Shown here: positions 25,650 to 36,531 of the stretch, one piece after another
Numbering within the stretch: the first letter of the stretch is position 1
Layout: every line of letters starts with the position of its first letter
Source: Nitrospirales bacterium
Lineage (GTDB): Bacteria; Nitrospirota; Nitrospiria; Nitrospirales; UBA8639
NCBI GenBank assembly: GCA_965203295.1
Contig: CBDBCZ010000017.1
Location: forward strand, 480,001 to 544,000
Direction: 5' to 3'
DNA: 64,000 bases
Program-made: the position numbers and the translations under genes
The notes under the pieces: model-generated
The model's database searches: none
What the model was told of the DNA's origin: nothing
What the model saw: only the letters and a program-made list of their open reading frames with translations

Positions 25650-28000
25650 CTTTTTATTTTATTTTTTTTTATTTTTTTTTATTTTATAAATATTCGTTGT
25701 ACCAAAAATACATGTACAACTGGGTCCAAAAATTAGCCTCGGCTAGTACTTAATTGCACCCATACACAAAATATGCATTTAAGGAATTATGAAAGCTAAT
25801 TAACGATGTATAAGAACGAATACTATACGGTAGGCTATTCCACAGCTTAATAGTGCTGGGGAAGTAAGATGACATAAACTTGTAAGTGTGACCATAAAGA
25901 TTACAGAAAGAAAGGTTATCAACAGAACGGGTGGGGTACCAACAAGAAACCGTTCGAGAGGTCAAGGGGGCCTCCGGGAACTCAGCCTCAGCATTGATGA
26001 TTTTATATAGCAATGATAGCTTTTGAACTTTCCTCCTGGTTTGTAGGCTTGGCAAGTCAAGAGAGTTTAGCATTTCTGAGTAGTCCATGTTCCAGGTTTT
26101 CAGGCATACCCGGCTAGCGAATCTCTGCACCTTTTCTAACAGGTTGCATTCTTTTGCAGAGGAAGGATCCCATACCTGACACGCGTATTCCAAGTGAGGT
26201 CGGATGAGTGATACGTAGAGCTTCTTTAGAGTGTTTGTATCAGCACAATGATAGAATTGCCTAAACAATAATCCCACAAGCCTCCTAGCCTTGGAAGTGA
26301 TAGTCTCAATATGCCGGGACCATGTAAGGTCAGAAGTGATATTTAGACCAAGGTACTTGAAGCTATCAACGAACTCAAGTGGCATTTGATTTAGTAACAG
26401 TGTGCACGGTATTGACATTTTGACCTTTTACGGGAAAGTAGCATGGCCTTACATTTCGACGGGTTGAACTTGAGTAACTTCGTAGAGCTCCATGCAGCCA
26501 GGGTGTCTACATCCTGCTGTAAAGCGAAGTAGTCTTCCTGAGAGTGGACGGCTCGGTAGAGGTTCCAAAACAAGTTTGGAACCGCTGGAAATGGTAGTAT
26601 CATTGATGTCATTAAGGTACATCAGGAACAAGAGTGGTCCCAAGATGGAGCCCTGAGGGACACCCGACAGCACTGGCAGTGTTGTGGAGGAGACTCCATT
26701 TAGAACCACTGACTGCGTACGATTAGTCAGGTAGTCAGATATCCAGTTCACAATGTAGGCATTTAGACCAAGCTCTTGGAGTTTGCCCAGAAGCTTTCGA
26801 TGGGGTACAGAATCGAATGCTTTAGTTAAATCGAAGAATACTGCACCAACTTCGTTACCGTCTTCCAGCATGGAACCAATCGTAGGTCGCCGATAGGAGA
26901 GCACTGGTAGTTGACTTTCCAGGCATGAAGCCCCACTGGTTTGCTGCTAGAGGGCAATTACTCACCAGGTGGTCCACTACCCTGCTGTATATGATCCTTT
27001 CCAACACTTTACTTATGATGGGCAGCAGAGATATGGGTCTATAATTCGATGGCTTGTCACCATTAGATCCTTTAGGAACTGGGACAATGTTCGATGATTT
27101 CCAGACTGAGGGTAGCCTGCCAGTTTCTATTGAGTAGTTAAAGATTTTGCACAAGACTGGTGCAATACTAGCAGCCGTTCCCTTCAGCATTCTGGCTGAG
27201 ATTCCATCAGGCCTGGATGCCTTAGTAACGTCTAAGTTTACAAGAAGTTCAAAGACTTCTTGTTCAGAACAATAGAGTTCCTGGGGGCATGCAGCTGGAT
27301 CTAGTCCACATGGGCAATCTTCAGCTGTGAGAGGTGGAAGAGCATTGTTGAAGCAGCTGTGAAAAAAATGGTTGAGGACATCGGCCTTTTGTTTTTCACA
27401 GACGATTGTTCTCCCATCTTGGTTGAGAACAGGGATTGACGAGGATCCTATACCATTCATCAGTTTAATAGCTCTCCAGAACTGTTAGAATTGTTTGTTG
27501 GGATATTTTCCACATACATCTTTTTAGCATTACGAATCTGGGATACGACCAGGTTACGAAGGTGTTTATATTTTGCCTTATGTACCGGGTTCCGTTTCGA
27601 TTTGCGATGAAACAAGTTCTGCTTTCGAATAGCTCGACGAATACCAGCATTTACCCATGGCAGATTCCGTTTCTTGGGTAGAACTCCCTTAGGGATGTAC
27701 AGTTTTCAATAATGGTCATAAACGTACTCTCCCAAAGTTGCCAAGCAGCGTCAATATTGTGACCAACCAGGAGAGCATCCCAGTCAACATTTTGTAATTC
27801 ATGACAGGCTCTATCAAAGTCAGCAAGAGAATATTTCCAAATAGGTCTGGGACGGGATCTCTGAATAGTGCGTCTCCCACTGATCGTTAGTTCGACACCG
27901 TTATGATCCGAGTTGGAAAGCGGGGGAATAACATCACACTTTCGTAGTGAGTCAGGAGCAGACATGAGAGCCAGATCTATGAGTGTAGCGGTTCCACTAG
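25650..28000 (-). mobile_element. Degenerate 5'-truncated LINE (CR1/L2/Daphne group) ORF2
   Basis: Frameshifted pieces: APE end (LIDL..SDH), RT motifs (NYRPISLL, QWGF, FFDLTKAFDSV, GVPQGSILGPLLF) and C-terminus (LIRPHLEYA, IKLWNSLP). A-rich tail on the minus strand at 25650-25688. The YADD motif is deleted. Confidence 0.9.
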
Positions 28001-29133
28001 GGGCCTTCGCGAAGGCTCGCCCCACTTAGTCTCGCGTGACCAGACTCTCGACTATGCCCTGCATATCACTAGTAACAAAAAAAAAAACAATTATTGTCTG
28101 GTACGGGCAGTCGCCAGTCGGCTACTCACCAGTCAGTTACTAGATTCTCCTCGCCCCCCGCCGGAAAACGAGGGAGGGTCTAGCGAAGATATTCACGACT
28201 AGCTGCCCAATCAGATTAATTTTAGTAGCTGATTTCCGCTACTAAGGTAAGCGAGGATGGGTTTTGATAACTTTACATTATTTTGTAATTTATCCCTGCT
28301 AATAGTAGGGGATGCGGAGTGGCCCCCCCACACTCCGCTTCCCCTTCGTATACAGAAGGGAGCGCGGAGTGGCCCCCCCACTCCGCTTTCCCTACTAGTA
28401 CTGTAGAGGACGCGCAGTGGCCCCCCCACTCCGCGTCCCCTACTAGTATTGTAGGGAATGCGCAGTGCCCCCCCCCCCCCCCACTCCGCGTCCCCTACTT
28501 ATGGCAGGGGGAGGGGATAAACAGTGACCCCCCACTGAATTTTCCCTACTAATGGGAGGGAATCAAGAGTGACCGTCCAGACATTGCATGGCAGTGCACT
28601 TGCATGTACATAGCACTGATGTCCTTGTACAAAAAGGACATGGTTGCAGTTTTGGAGGGCTTAGCTGAGAATGCCGGTGTAGTAGTGCAGGATGTCCCCC
28701 CCTTGAAATGTCCCCCGGGACATCCTGCACTAGTGCAGAATGTCCCCCCGGACAGTCTGCACTAGTGCAGAATGCCCCCCGGGGACATCCTGCACTAGGG
28801 CAGACTGTCCCCTCTTAGTGCACATTGTCCCCCCTTTCTACAATTGTAGTTTAGCAAGGAATGTACTGCTAAATGGTTCTGAGGTCAAAGATCAGGGCAG
28901 ACTGTCCCCTCTTACTGCAGTGACCCCCTCCCTACATATAATGTATATTTTAGCATGGAATGTCATGCTTAATGGTTCTGAAGTCATCCCATCCAGTATA
29001 CACTGTTCATGCACATTATATGCACCGATATCTTTTTCTGTACTGTACTTGAAGTTTTTTTGCCACAACAATCAAGAATATTATATTATATAAAGTAGAT
29101 ACTATCAAAATTTAATAAAACATAAATAAATAT

Positions 29134-32100
29134 TTATATTTTGTTACAATGCGCGCAGAACCATTTACATTTAAGAACAAAGTACTTTGGTTCAACTTGA
29201 ACACATGCGTCAGCGTGATACCACTCCTTGCAGTTGGAACACTCAATCCATTTTGTTGTTTGCGTCAGTTCGGGCATCCTGCAGTGGCAAAAGACAGGTA
29301 TGGGTTCCGTAGTTTTCACTTTGATTCTCCGTCTCATTTTTTTGAGGGGAAACATGGTGATGCAGCCCTGTTCCAAGCATGTTTTGAAATGCTGCCTCAT
29401 CTTTCGCTGATCAAAGCAAAAGAGTCCTGGGTGTTGCCCAAGCACAACAGCTGTTGCAAAAGCAATCGCAAACAGTCCGCAGTCATAGCCTCCTGCCTGC
29501 ATTTGCACATCCATGAACCTAAGTTCAATGGCAGGTTGGCTTGTTGACAGCAGAGCAGCTATCTGGGCTTTGCAGATTGTTGGGCAGCACGAGTAAGCTG
29601 AATCATACACTTCTACTTGTGGATGCTCGTTACCCACAGTGGAGATGGTAAGCCAATGCCCATGGCCATTGTGGAGAATTTGCACAAACTCCCCTGGCTC
29701 TATGTCAAAATTCATTGTCTGGCCAAGCACAACACTTTGGAGCCCGGACATCGCAGGATTGGCTTTCTTCAGTAGTATCTGAGCGGCATCTATTAGCGTG
29801 CCTGTCAACCAAGCAGTGGGATTGAGCAGTACGTCTTGTTCTGACTTCGCTAGATTGAGTTCCGGAATCCATAGCTTTCGTGATTGTTCGGGTTTCTTTA
29901 GTTTGTATTCCTCAACGGTGATCACTTCTTCGCAAGAATATAATCTGGCCCGCTTCTGCCTTCGATGCGACATTAACCCTTTTGCTCCAGTATTTTTCCG
30001 TTTTCTAGAGGCTAATGTTGGCTTGGCGGATGTGGGCTGGGTCGGCAATATGTGCCTCAAAATTGGTGAGGGTGGGGTTCCAGGAAAGAATTCTGGAAAG
30101 TATCCTCCTTCCAAAATGGGAGTACTTGCTGTAATCCCTGTAGTGTGGATTGGTGATGTCTCCAGCGTGTTGGAGGTGTTCAGCCTTTGCTGTTCTTCAA
30201 TACCAATCTGCTCATTCAGCGGTGAAATGGTATCATCACCACCGAGTCCAGAGTTACTGTCTTCGTCTTCTGAAATCACTGGGACTCTGCGCTTCGCTTT
30301 CAGCTCACTGAGTGGGGGCATTGGGGATGGGAGTGGTGGAATGGTATCATCACCACCGAGTCCAGAGTTACTGTCTTCGTCTTCTGAAATCACTGGGACT
30401 CTGTGCTTCGCTTTCAGCTCACTGAGTGGGGGCATTGGGGATGGGAGTGGTGGAATGGTATCATCACCACCGAGTCCAGAGTTACTTGACTGGCTGGCTT
30501 CACTGCTACTAGGAGATCCTCGTTGGAAGACAAAGCTGTCATGCAGTCTTGGTGTGGTATACAAGGACTGCTTTCCACTTCGTTTGTGGTATGGCTTTAG
30601 CCTACAGCCATTGACTGCCTTCTTCAAGACGTGGCCGGTTGAGAGCCTTGCGATTTTGTAGACATTTTTGTCGAGGCATTGGACGATCTTGTATGGCCCC
30701 AGCCATCTCGGTAGGAACTTCTTTTTCCTTGTATCTCTTGCACTATTTCTAAGCCACACTAGTGCCCCTGGTTTCCACTCCTGCATGTGAGCGCACAAAA
30801 TGAGGAAATATGCTTGAGCTAATACAAAATGGCAACATGATCTCCCAATAATAAGAAACACTGAAGTGCATAAGCCATAATAATCTGTATTTTTACTGAG
30901 CTCACCATTTGACGGTTGTGCTTTCTGTCATAGTCCCGCTTTTGGCGATCCTGGGCGTTCTTGATGTTGTCATTCGCTTTGGAGAAGAGTGTCTTCCTGA
31001 ACTTGAGCATTTCTTCCCCGTACTGATCTACATCACCTTCATCCACCTCATCATCACTGAGAAACTCGGAGTTGTCACAGTCAAGCATCTCTTGCTCAAT
31101 AGGAAGGACCGACTTCCTGCGGAAAAAATCACTTTTATGTAATTCTAAGATTCCAGTACCCCTACTTCCTATCACACTACAGGTTAATTCACCTATAGTT
31201 ACTTATTTAATAATTATTTTACATATTAACGTGCCTGCAGTACATCAGCTCAAACGGAGTAAACTGGGTTGACTTCTGTTTTGATGTCCGGTAGGCAAAG
31301 AGCACTCCATCGATGAATTCATCCCAGTTGTCTTGCTCCTTGTTCACGAGCTTCAACAAGGATCGCTGCAGGGTCTGGTTGTAGCGTTCAACCAATCCAT
31401 TAGTCTGCGGGTGATAGGCAGTCGATATTCTATGCTCTGTCTTTGTCCGCTCGAAGAGACTTTCACTAACTTTGTTGACGAATTCCCTCCCCTGATCAGA
31501 GATGGTGATCTTTGTACAGCCATACCTGCAGAAAGAAGTACAACGTGTTTCATTCAGGGGCATAGAAGTTACCACTGAATTTGTGGCTCTTGGGGCAGCT
31601 ACAAGTAAGATACTGTAGCCAGGTAGTCTGTGTCACTTTGTTTTACCTGCAGATCATTCGGTACAAGAAAAGGGCCACCCCCTCAGCAGTTTTGTCGGGT
31701 AGGGCTGCTGCCTCGGGCCACTTAGAAAAGTAGTCAACCAAGGTGATGATGTAGCGGTTTCCTGACTTTGTCTTGGGCAGGGGTCCAACTAAGTCAATTC
31801 CAACCTGTAGTGCAGAAACAGGAGTAGGTTGCATTCTTTTAGTATAACAGTAATATTATACTCATGTTGCTGCCGTAGCCCTTACGCCATTGACTACGCA
31901 CCCACACATGCAGGCGAAGCTTGTAAGATTTCTAGTCAGAAGACAAGAGCAACCAGTTGTTTCACCACTACCATCCTGATTGCCTTAGTCTTCCTAGCAT
32001 CCCAGATTAATAATATAAAACTCTGTAGAGGTCTATGTAGCTATAGGCATTCCAATATTATTCGAGGTGTCTACCGTATCCCATGCGCTGACTGTAACAT

Positions 32101-33038
32101 AACGTATGTCGGCCAGACGGCACGTATGCTACACACAAGGAAGGAGAACCTTCAGGCACTGACGAATGCAGAGCCCCATTTGTCTGCCCTGGCTGAGAAT
32201 GCATTGGAGGAACACCACAGCATTGCATGGAGTGGTGTGAAGATCTTGAACTCTAACCCCAAACTCCGTCAACAGGATGTCCGGGGAGGCATTACGCTCT
32301 AGTGCGCAATGTCCCCCCCCCCCCGTATACGTCCCCGCCTCACACATAAATGGCATATGTTTTTTTTAACTCTTCGTTCAGGCCATTAGTACCCGACCTA
32401 AACTAAAACATCAATCGTGTTCCTGGATCCCCGACCCCCTGCAAGTAATTCTTAAATTCTATTTCCTTACAAAAACAGTAACATGTGAAAGAGCATATTC
32501 GTACCTGTCTCCAAACTTCAGGCTTGACTGGAATAGGATGGAGAGGTGCTGCTTCTTTTACGAACTTTGCATCATTAGTCCGCTGGCAAACTTCACACGT
32601 CCTGACATATTCATGGACATCCTTCCACAGTAACTTCCAGTAGAAGCGTTCTGCAATTTTGTGGTAGGTCTTATCTCTACCCAGATGACCACCTGTATGT
32701 ACGAAATTATAGGAAGAATACATGAAGTAATTTGCAACAGCCTGTAGCCCCAGCTCTATATATTATACTTATGCCACTAGTTTATTACCTTCAGGTAGTG
32801 CGTGGCAAGCCTCCAATATTCGATCCCTGTCTTGTACAGAGCGAGGAACTTGCTTCCACTCGCGCGGACCACTGGCTTTACTAGTAGTAGTAGAGTAGAA
32901 AAGAATGCCGTTCTCCGCCTTGTAGTTAGTGCTGGCCTTTCGACGAAGAGCTCGCTTCTGGCTTTTAGAAAAGCCGGTTGGATATTCGTTCCACTGGAGA
33001 TAGTTAAACAGGGCCTCGTATTCATCATCATCCGCCAT
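29134..33038 (-). CDS. Ginger1 transposase: YPYY-like N-terminus, H2C2 zinc finger, DDE core, GPY motif, Ulp1 protease, PHD finger (~914 aa)
   Basis: Exons 33038-32789, 32692-32505, 31804-31647, 31525-31235, 31116-30906 and 30780-29134 total 2745 nt in an open frame. Motifs: GHLGRDKT..CEVC, GIDLVG, SDQGREF, GLVERYN, WLGPY, GHW..YDS..Q...DCG, CHC..C..C..WYH..C..WFCAHC. Confidence 0.88.
30228..30485. repeat. 114-bp in-frame tandem repeat (~2.3 copies) in the Ginger linker
   Basis: NSGLGGDDTIPPLPSPMPPLSELKAK.RVPVISEDEDS is repeated. Confidence 0.9.
32060..32272 (+). pseudogene. Penelope-like GIY-YIG endonuclease fragment inside Ginger intron 2
   Basis: GVYRIPCADCNITYVGQTAR...SALAE..LEEHH.I.W pattern. 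Confidence 0.75.
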
Positions 33039-33237
33039 ACTTCTCTCACTGACACTGAACTGACCCAACGTTTCACACGTTTATGCGTGAGGCGGAGACG
33101 TATACGGGGGGGGGGACATCGTGCACTACGGGGGACATTGCGCACTAGAGCGCAATGCCCCCCCGGACATCCTGCACTAGGGCAGAATGTCCGGGGGGGC
33201 ATTCTGCACGGGGGGACATCCTGCCCTCCGACACCGG

Positions 33238-34552
33238 GATTTCCACAAGTTATGTGGATAGAAATCCAGCTACTAGAGAGAAGCGGAGCAAGCGCGCCAA
33301 CATTGCTCGTCGAAAAAGGCAAGCAAATGACGTCAATGATGCGCAAGGCCCTCCTGATTGCAATTCCGATTTCAAGAAACCGAAAACTAGAAAGCGAAAG
33401 GTGCCTGAAGCTAGTCAGTCAGATCAGAAGCAAAAGCAGAGGAAGGGAACGGCACCTGAGAGCAGCCAGTCTCTTAGGAAAAAGGTTTATTTCCCTCTTT
33501 GATACTTACGTAGGAGGTACACTTTGAATTTACAGATGCTTCTCATTTAGCCGAAGCTGACTACTGTATCTGATTCAGACGGTGAAGACTGCCTGGAATT
33601 GCCAATGCAGGTATGTGGTACATGTAATTCAAGGGCATGCACACGTACATGTTACATGCAGGATAGTTCAATTAGCAAATTGTTTACATCATCTCTTCTC
33701 TTCTCTAGACAACCCCATCCAAACACCTAAGATCTGATCCTGTTGTTGACTTGTCATCCACTCCTCCATCAGCAGACCTAGTTATCGACCTGACGTCCAT
33801 CTCGTCCTCCATGGATACCTGAGTTTGAACTTTTTCTCGACGACAAAGAACACATTCTCTCCGGCTCACGGCTACTACAGCAGCATATCACCGCTGCACA
33901 GGCTCTTTTGAAACAGAAGTTTTCACAGCAGAATGGACTTCAGAACACAGCAGAGGTGGCTGATTTGCACTACAGCTGCAGTGCTGATAACTTCGTGCAG
34001 ATTGTTAACCTGAGCAATACTCACTGGGTGTGTGTGAGCAACCTCAACTGCAAACCTGACGAGGTAGACGTCTACGACAGTCTATACGCAACTCCATGCT
34101 ACACCCTGAAAGAGCAAGTAGCTGCCATTCTTCGCTCACCAGCAGAGAGAATAACTTTACGCATGGTGAACATGCAGCGTCAGAATGGGGGTGCCGACTG
34201 TGGCCTGTTCGCTGTTTCCACAGCTGTGAGTTTGTGTCATGGGAACGATCCAGCTGCTCACGTTAAAGAACAATCGCAAATGCGAGAGCACTTCATCTGC
34301 TGCTTGGAAAACCGTGATATGGTCGTCTTTCCAGACTCCGACAAGCCAGTCCGTACAAAGCGACGTATCAAGTCAGAGTGTGCAGTGTCTGTGCATTGCA
34401 AGTGTCGTCTTCCGTGGAAAAAGACATCCAAGTCTCGAAGTATGGCCGAGTGCAGCAAATGCAAGCGTTGGTATCACCAGGACTGTGAGAACGTACCACC
34501 CGCTGTGTTCTCCGATAGTGGCGCAAAGTGGCTTTGTAACTATTGTTTGTAG
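33238..34552 (+). pseudogene. Ulp1-type cysteine protease + PHD finger, C-terminal part of the outer element's protein
   Basis: Exons ~33238-33484, 33551-33610 and 33709-34552. Motifs THW..YDS..QRQNGGADCG and a C-terminal PHD. There is a frameshift near 33810, and the upstream frame continues across the Ginger insertion from ~28562-28677. Confidence 0.8.
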
Positions 34553-35050
34553 CTATTTTACAATGTATGCATAAAATCACACTTGCTGAGTTAATGTTGC
34601 ATTTACAACCATCGTGATTTGGTGTACATCACAAAGTTTATCATATTTTTATCACAAAGTTTATCATTTCATTAGCTGGGAAAATACACATGGGGACACA
34701 GAGTGGGGGGCCACTGTACACCCCCTGCCATAAGTAGGGGACGCGGAGTGGGGGGTCACTGTTTATCCCCTCCCCCTGCCATAAGTAGGGGACGCGGAGT
34801 GGGGGGGCCACTGCGCATTCCCTACAGTACTAGTAGGGGAAGCGGAGTGGGGGGGCCACTGCGCATCCTCTACAGTACTAGTAGGGAAAGCGGAGTGGGG
34901 GGCCACTCCGCGCTCCCTTCTGTATACGAAGGGGAAGCGGAGTGTGGGGGGGGCACTCCGCGTCCCCTACTATTAGCAGGGATAAATTACAAAATAATGC
35001 AAAATTCTACCCACCCGCGAGGATTCTTGCGGTAAGCTCGAGTATTAAGT

Positions 35051-35079
35051 CATAGATAGGGTGGAATATAGTATCTATG
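35051..35079. mobile_element. 29-bp CATAGATA mini-element with 7-bp TSD
   Basis: attaagt|CATAGATA...TATCTATG|attaagt. Confidence 0.75.
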
Positions 35080-35510
35080 ATTAAGTACGTGCTGTTAACT
35101 ATGAATGCTAATAAGATCTGCTAGACCTTTGCGTGGAGGAGCTATATAGGGTCTAGCCGAGGTCTAGGTGATAGACTAGCCGTACTAGGGCCAGACACGT
35201 CGACACTCGGGTAGCGCTCACTCAGGCTGAAAGGTATGTAATCTGCGTTAAATGTTTAATTCATTTCCTTTTTGTATGTAGTTATCTATGAGTGGTTGCA
35301 TGTGTGTTTTAATATAAGAGCTTTGTGACCGGTTATGACAACTTTGCCATTAGCGACAAGGCATGCATGCATGTGCACGTAGTACTGCATTGGTGAAACG
35401 TACTAGTAGGCACTCTGTACGCATTATGATCAGTGATACACTGATATTGCAGACTTTACATTGAATAGTTACAGGTGGTCATGCCTGGGAGCTAAATATT
35501 ATGTGTGAGT

Positions 35511-35765
35511 TGTGATGGACTAGACCATATTATCTATGACTAGACTCTTTGATTTATTGAGTTTGTTATTAAATAGGCGGAATGTACGCCCCTTAGATGT
35601 GTGCGTGTTAATCCAGTGTTAGGTATTTTGTTTGTCTCTGTTTTAGTTGGTGTGATTTCCGTTGCCAGGTCCTTCAGTATTTAAGTGTTGGTTATTGTAC
35701 AGTGTTTGTCTTTATTCTGGTATCTGGTTCTGGTGTTGAAAAGTAGAGAGCTCTGGTCCACTACA
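35511..35765 (-). mobile_element. Possible solo LTR or TGT..ACA element
   Basis: TGTGATGGACTAGA...TCTGGTCCACTACA imperfect IR; AATAAA on the minus strand; absent from copies 1 and 2; TSD not clean. Confidence 0.4.
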
Positions 35766-36531
35766 TGTGCAGTGTATAGTTGTCTGTATAGTTGTTTTGA
35801 CCACATATAATTAGCGAATACCTGTGTTGCAGATGGCTGAGTAGGAGTACGTATGTAGGTAGGAGTTAGACCTCAACATAGATGAAAGACTCACATGATA
35901 CATATCAAATTTCATAGTCACACATCATCACGTGTGGTCTACATGCCCAGACAATAATTAATTGTTATTTAATTCAATTAAATTAGTCATGCATATATCG
36001 CAGTTGTTGGGCAAACAATGTAATTGATCTGCTTGTATCCACACTTTCTGGTAGTGAACTTGCAACTGAGATAAATGTAATCCATTTTGTTTTTGCAGTG
36101 TATGCTACACAACAATAGCCATGTACTAGTCAACAGGTTTGCATGTCTGTTCTGTAGCAACCTCAATACCTATAATACAATTTCACAGTTGTACCAGCAG
36201 AACAGGACAATGATGCCTATACTGACTTAGCGCTTTACTTGAATCACAGCACTTCTTGTCAATGAGTGTAGTAATAAAGATAAGCTTAGCAGCTAGCTAT
36301 AACAAGAGTACCGTAGGACCGGTTTTAATTGCGTGGCAAAATTATTGGGTTTTCGCGTATTGAACGCAAATTGCTAAAATTAATGTGTTTCGCAATGCTA
36401 TTGCTATTTTAGGCACACCCACTCCATAGGCTTCTATGACAGTAAGTTAAAAATTAAAATTAGCTTTTGATTAGAATGTCACAGTTACTATTATTGTAGC
36501 TAGCTAACTTGCAACTCTCATGCAGGTGCTG

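Larger units (their letters stand above)
28678..33233 (-). mobile_element. Ginger1 DNA transposon, apparently complete
   Basis: CCGG|TGT...ACA|CCGG; TIRs with repeated ATGTCCCCC/TGCACTAG motifs; encodes a Gypsy-like integrase without RT or gag. Confidence 0.92.
28259..35016 (+). mobile_element. Long-TIR DNA transposon remnant (Mutator/Rehavkus-like) with Ulp1-PHD coding fragment
   Basis: 8-bp TSD GCGAGGAT (28251-28258 and 35017-35024). GGGT..ACCC ends align without gaps; ~290-bp GC-rich TIRs are built of ccccccactccgc repeats. Inserted in the promoter block of sulfotransferase copy 3. Confidence 0.8.

Noticed and set aside
29798..30661. 287-aa plus-strand ORF and similar antisense ORFs (e.g. 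32802-33527)
   Set aside because: They are antisense shadows of the Ginger CDS and TIR.
28284..34991. TGT..ACA as ends of the outer element (a second Ginger)
   Set aside because: There is no 4-bp TSD there; the inverted alignment extends to 28259/35016, where an 8-bp TSD is present.
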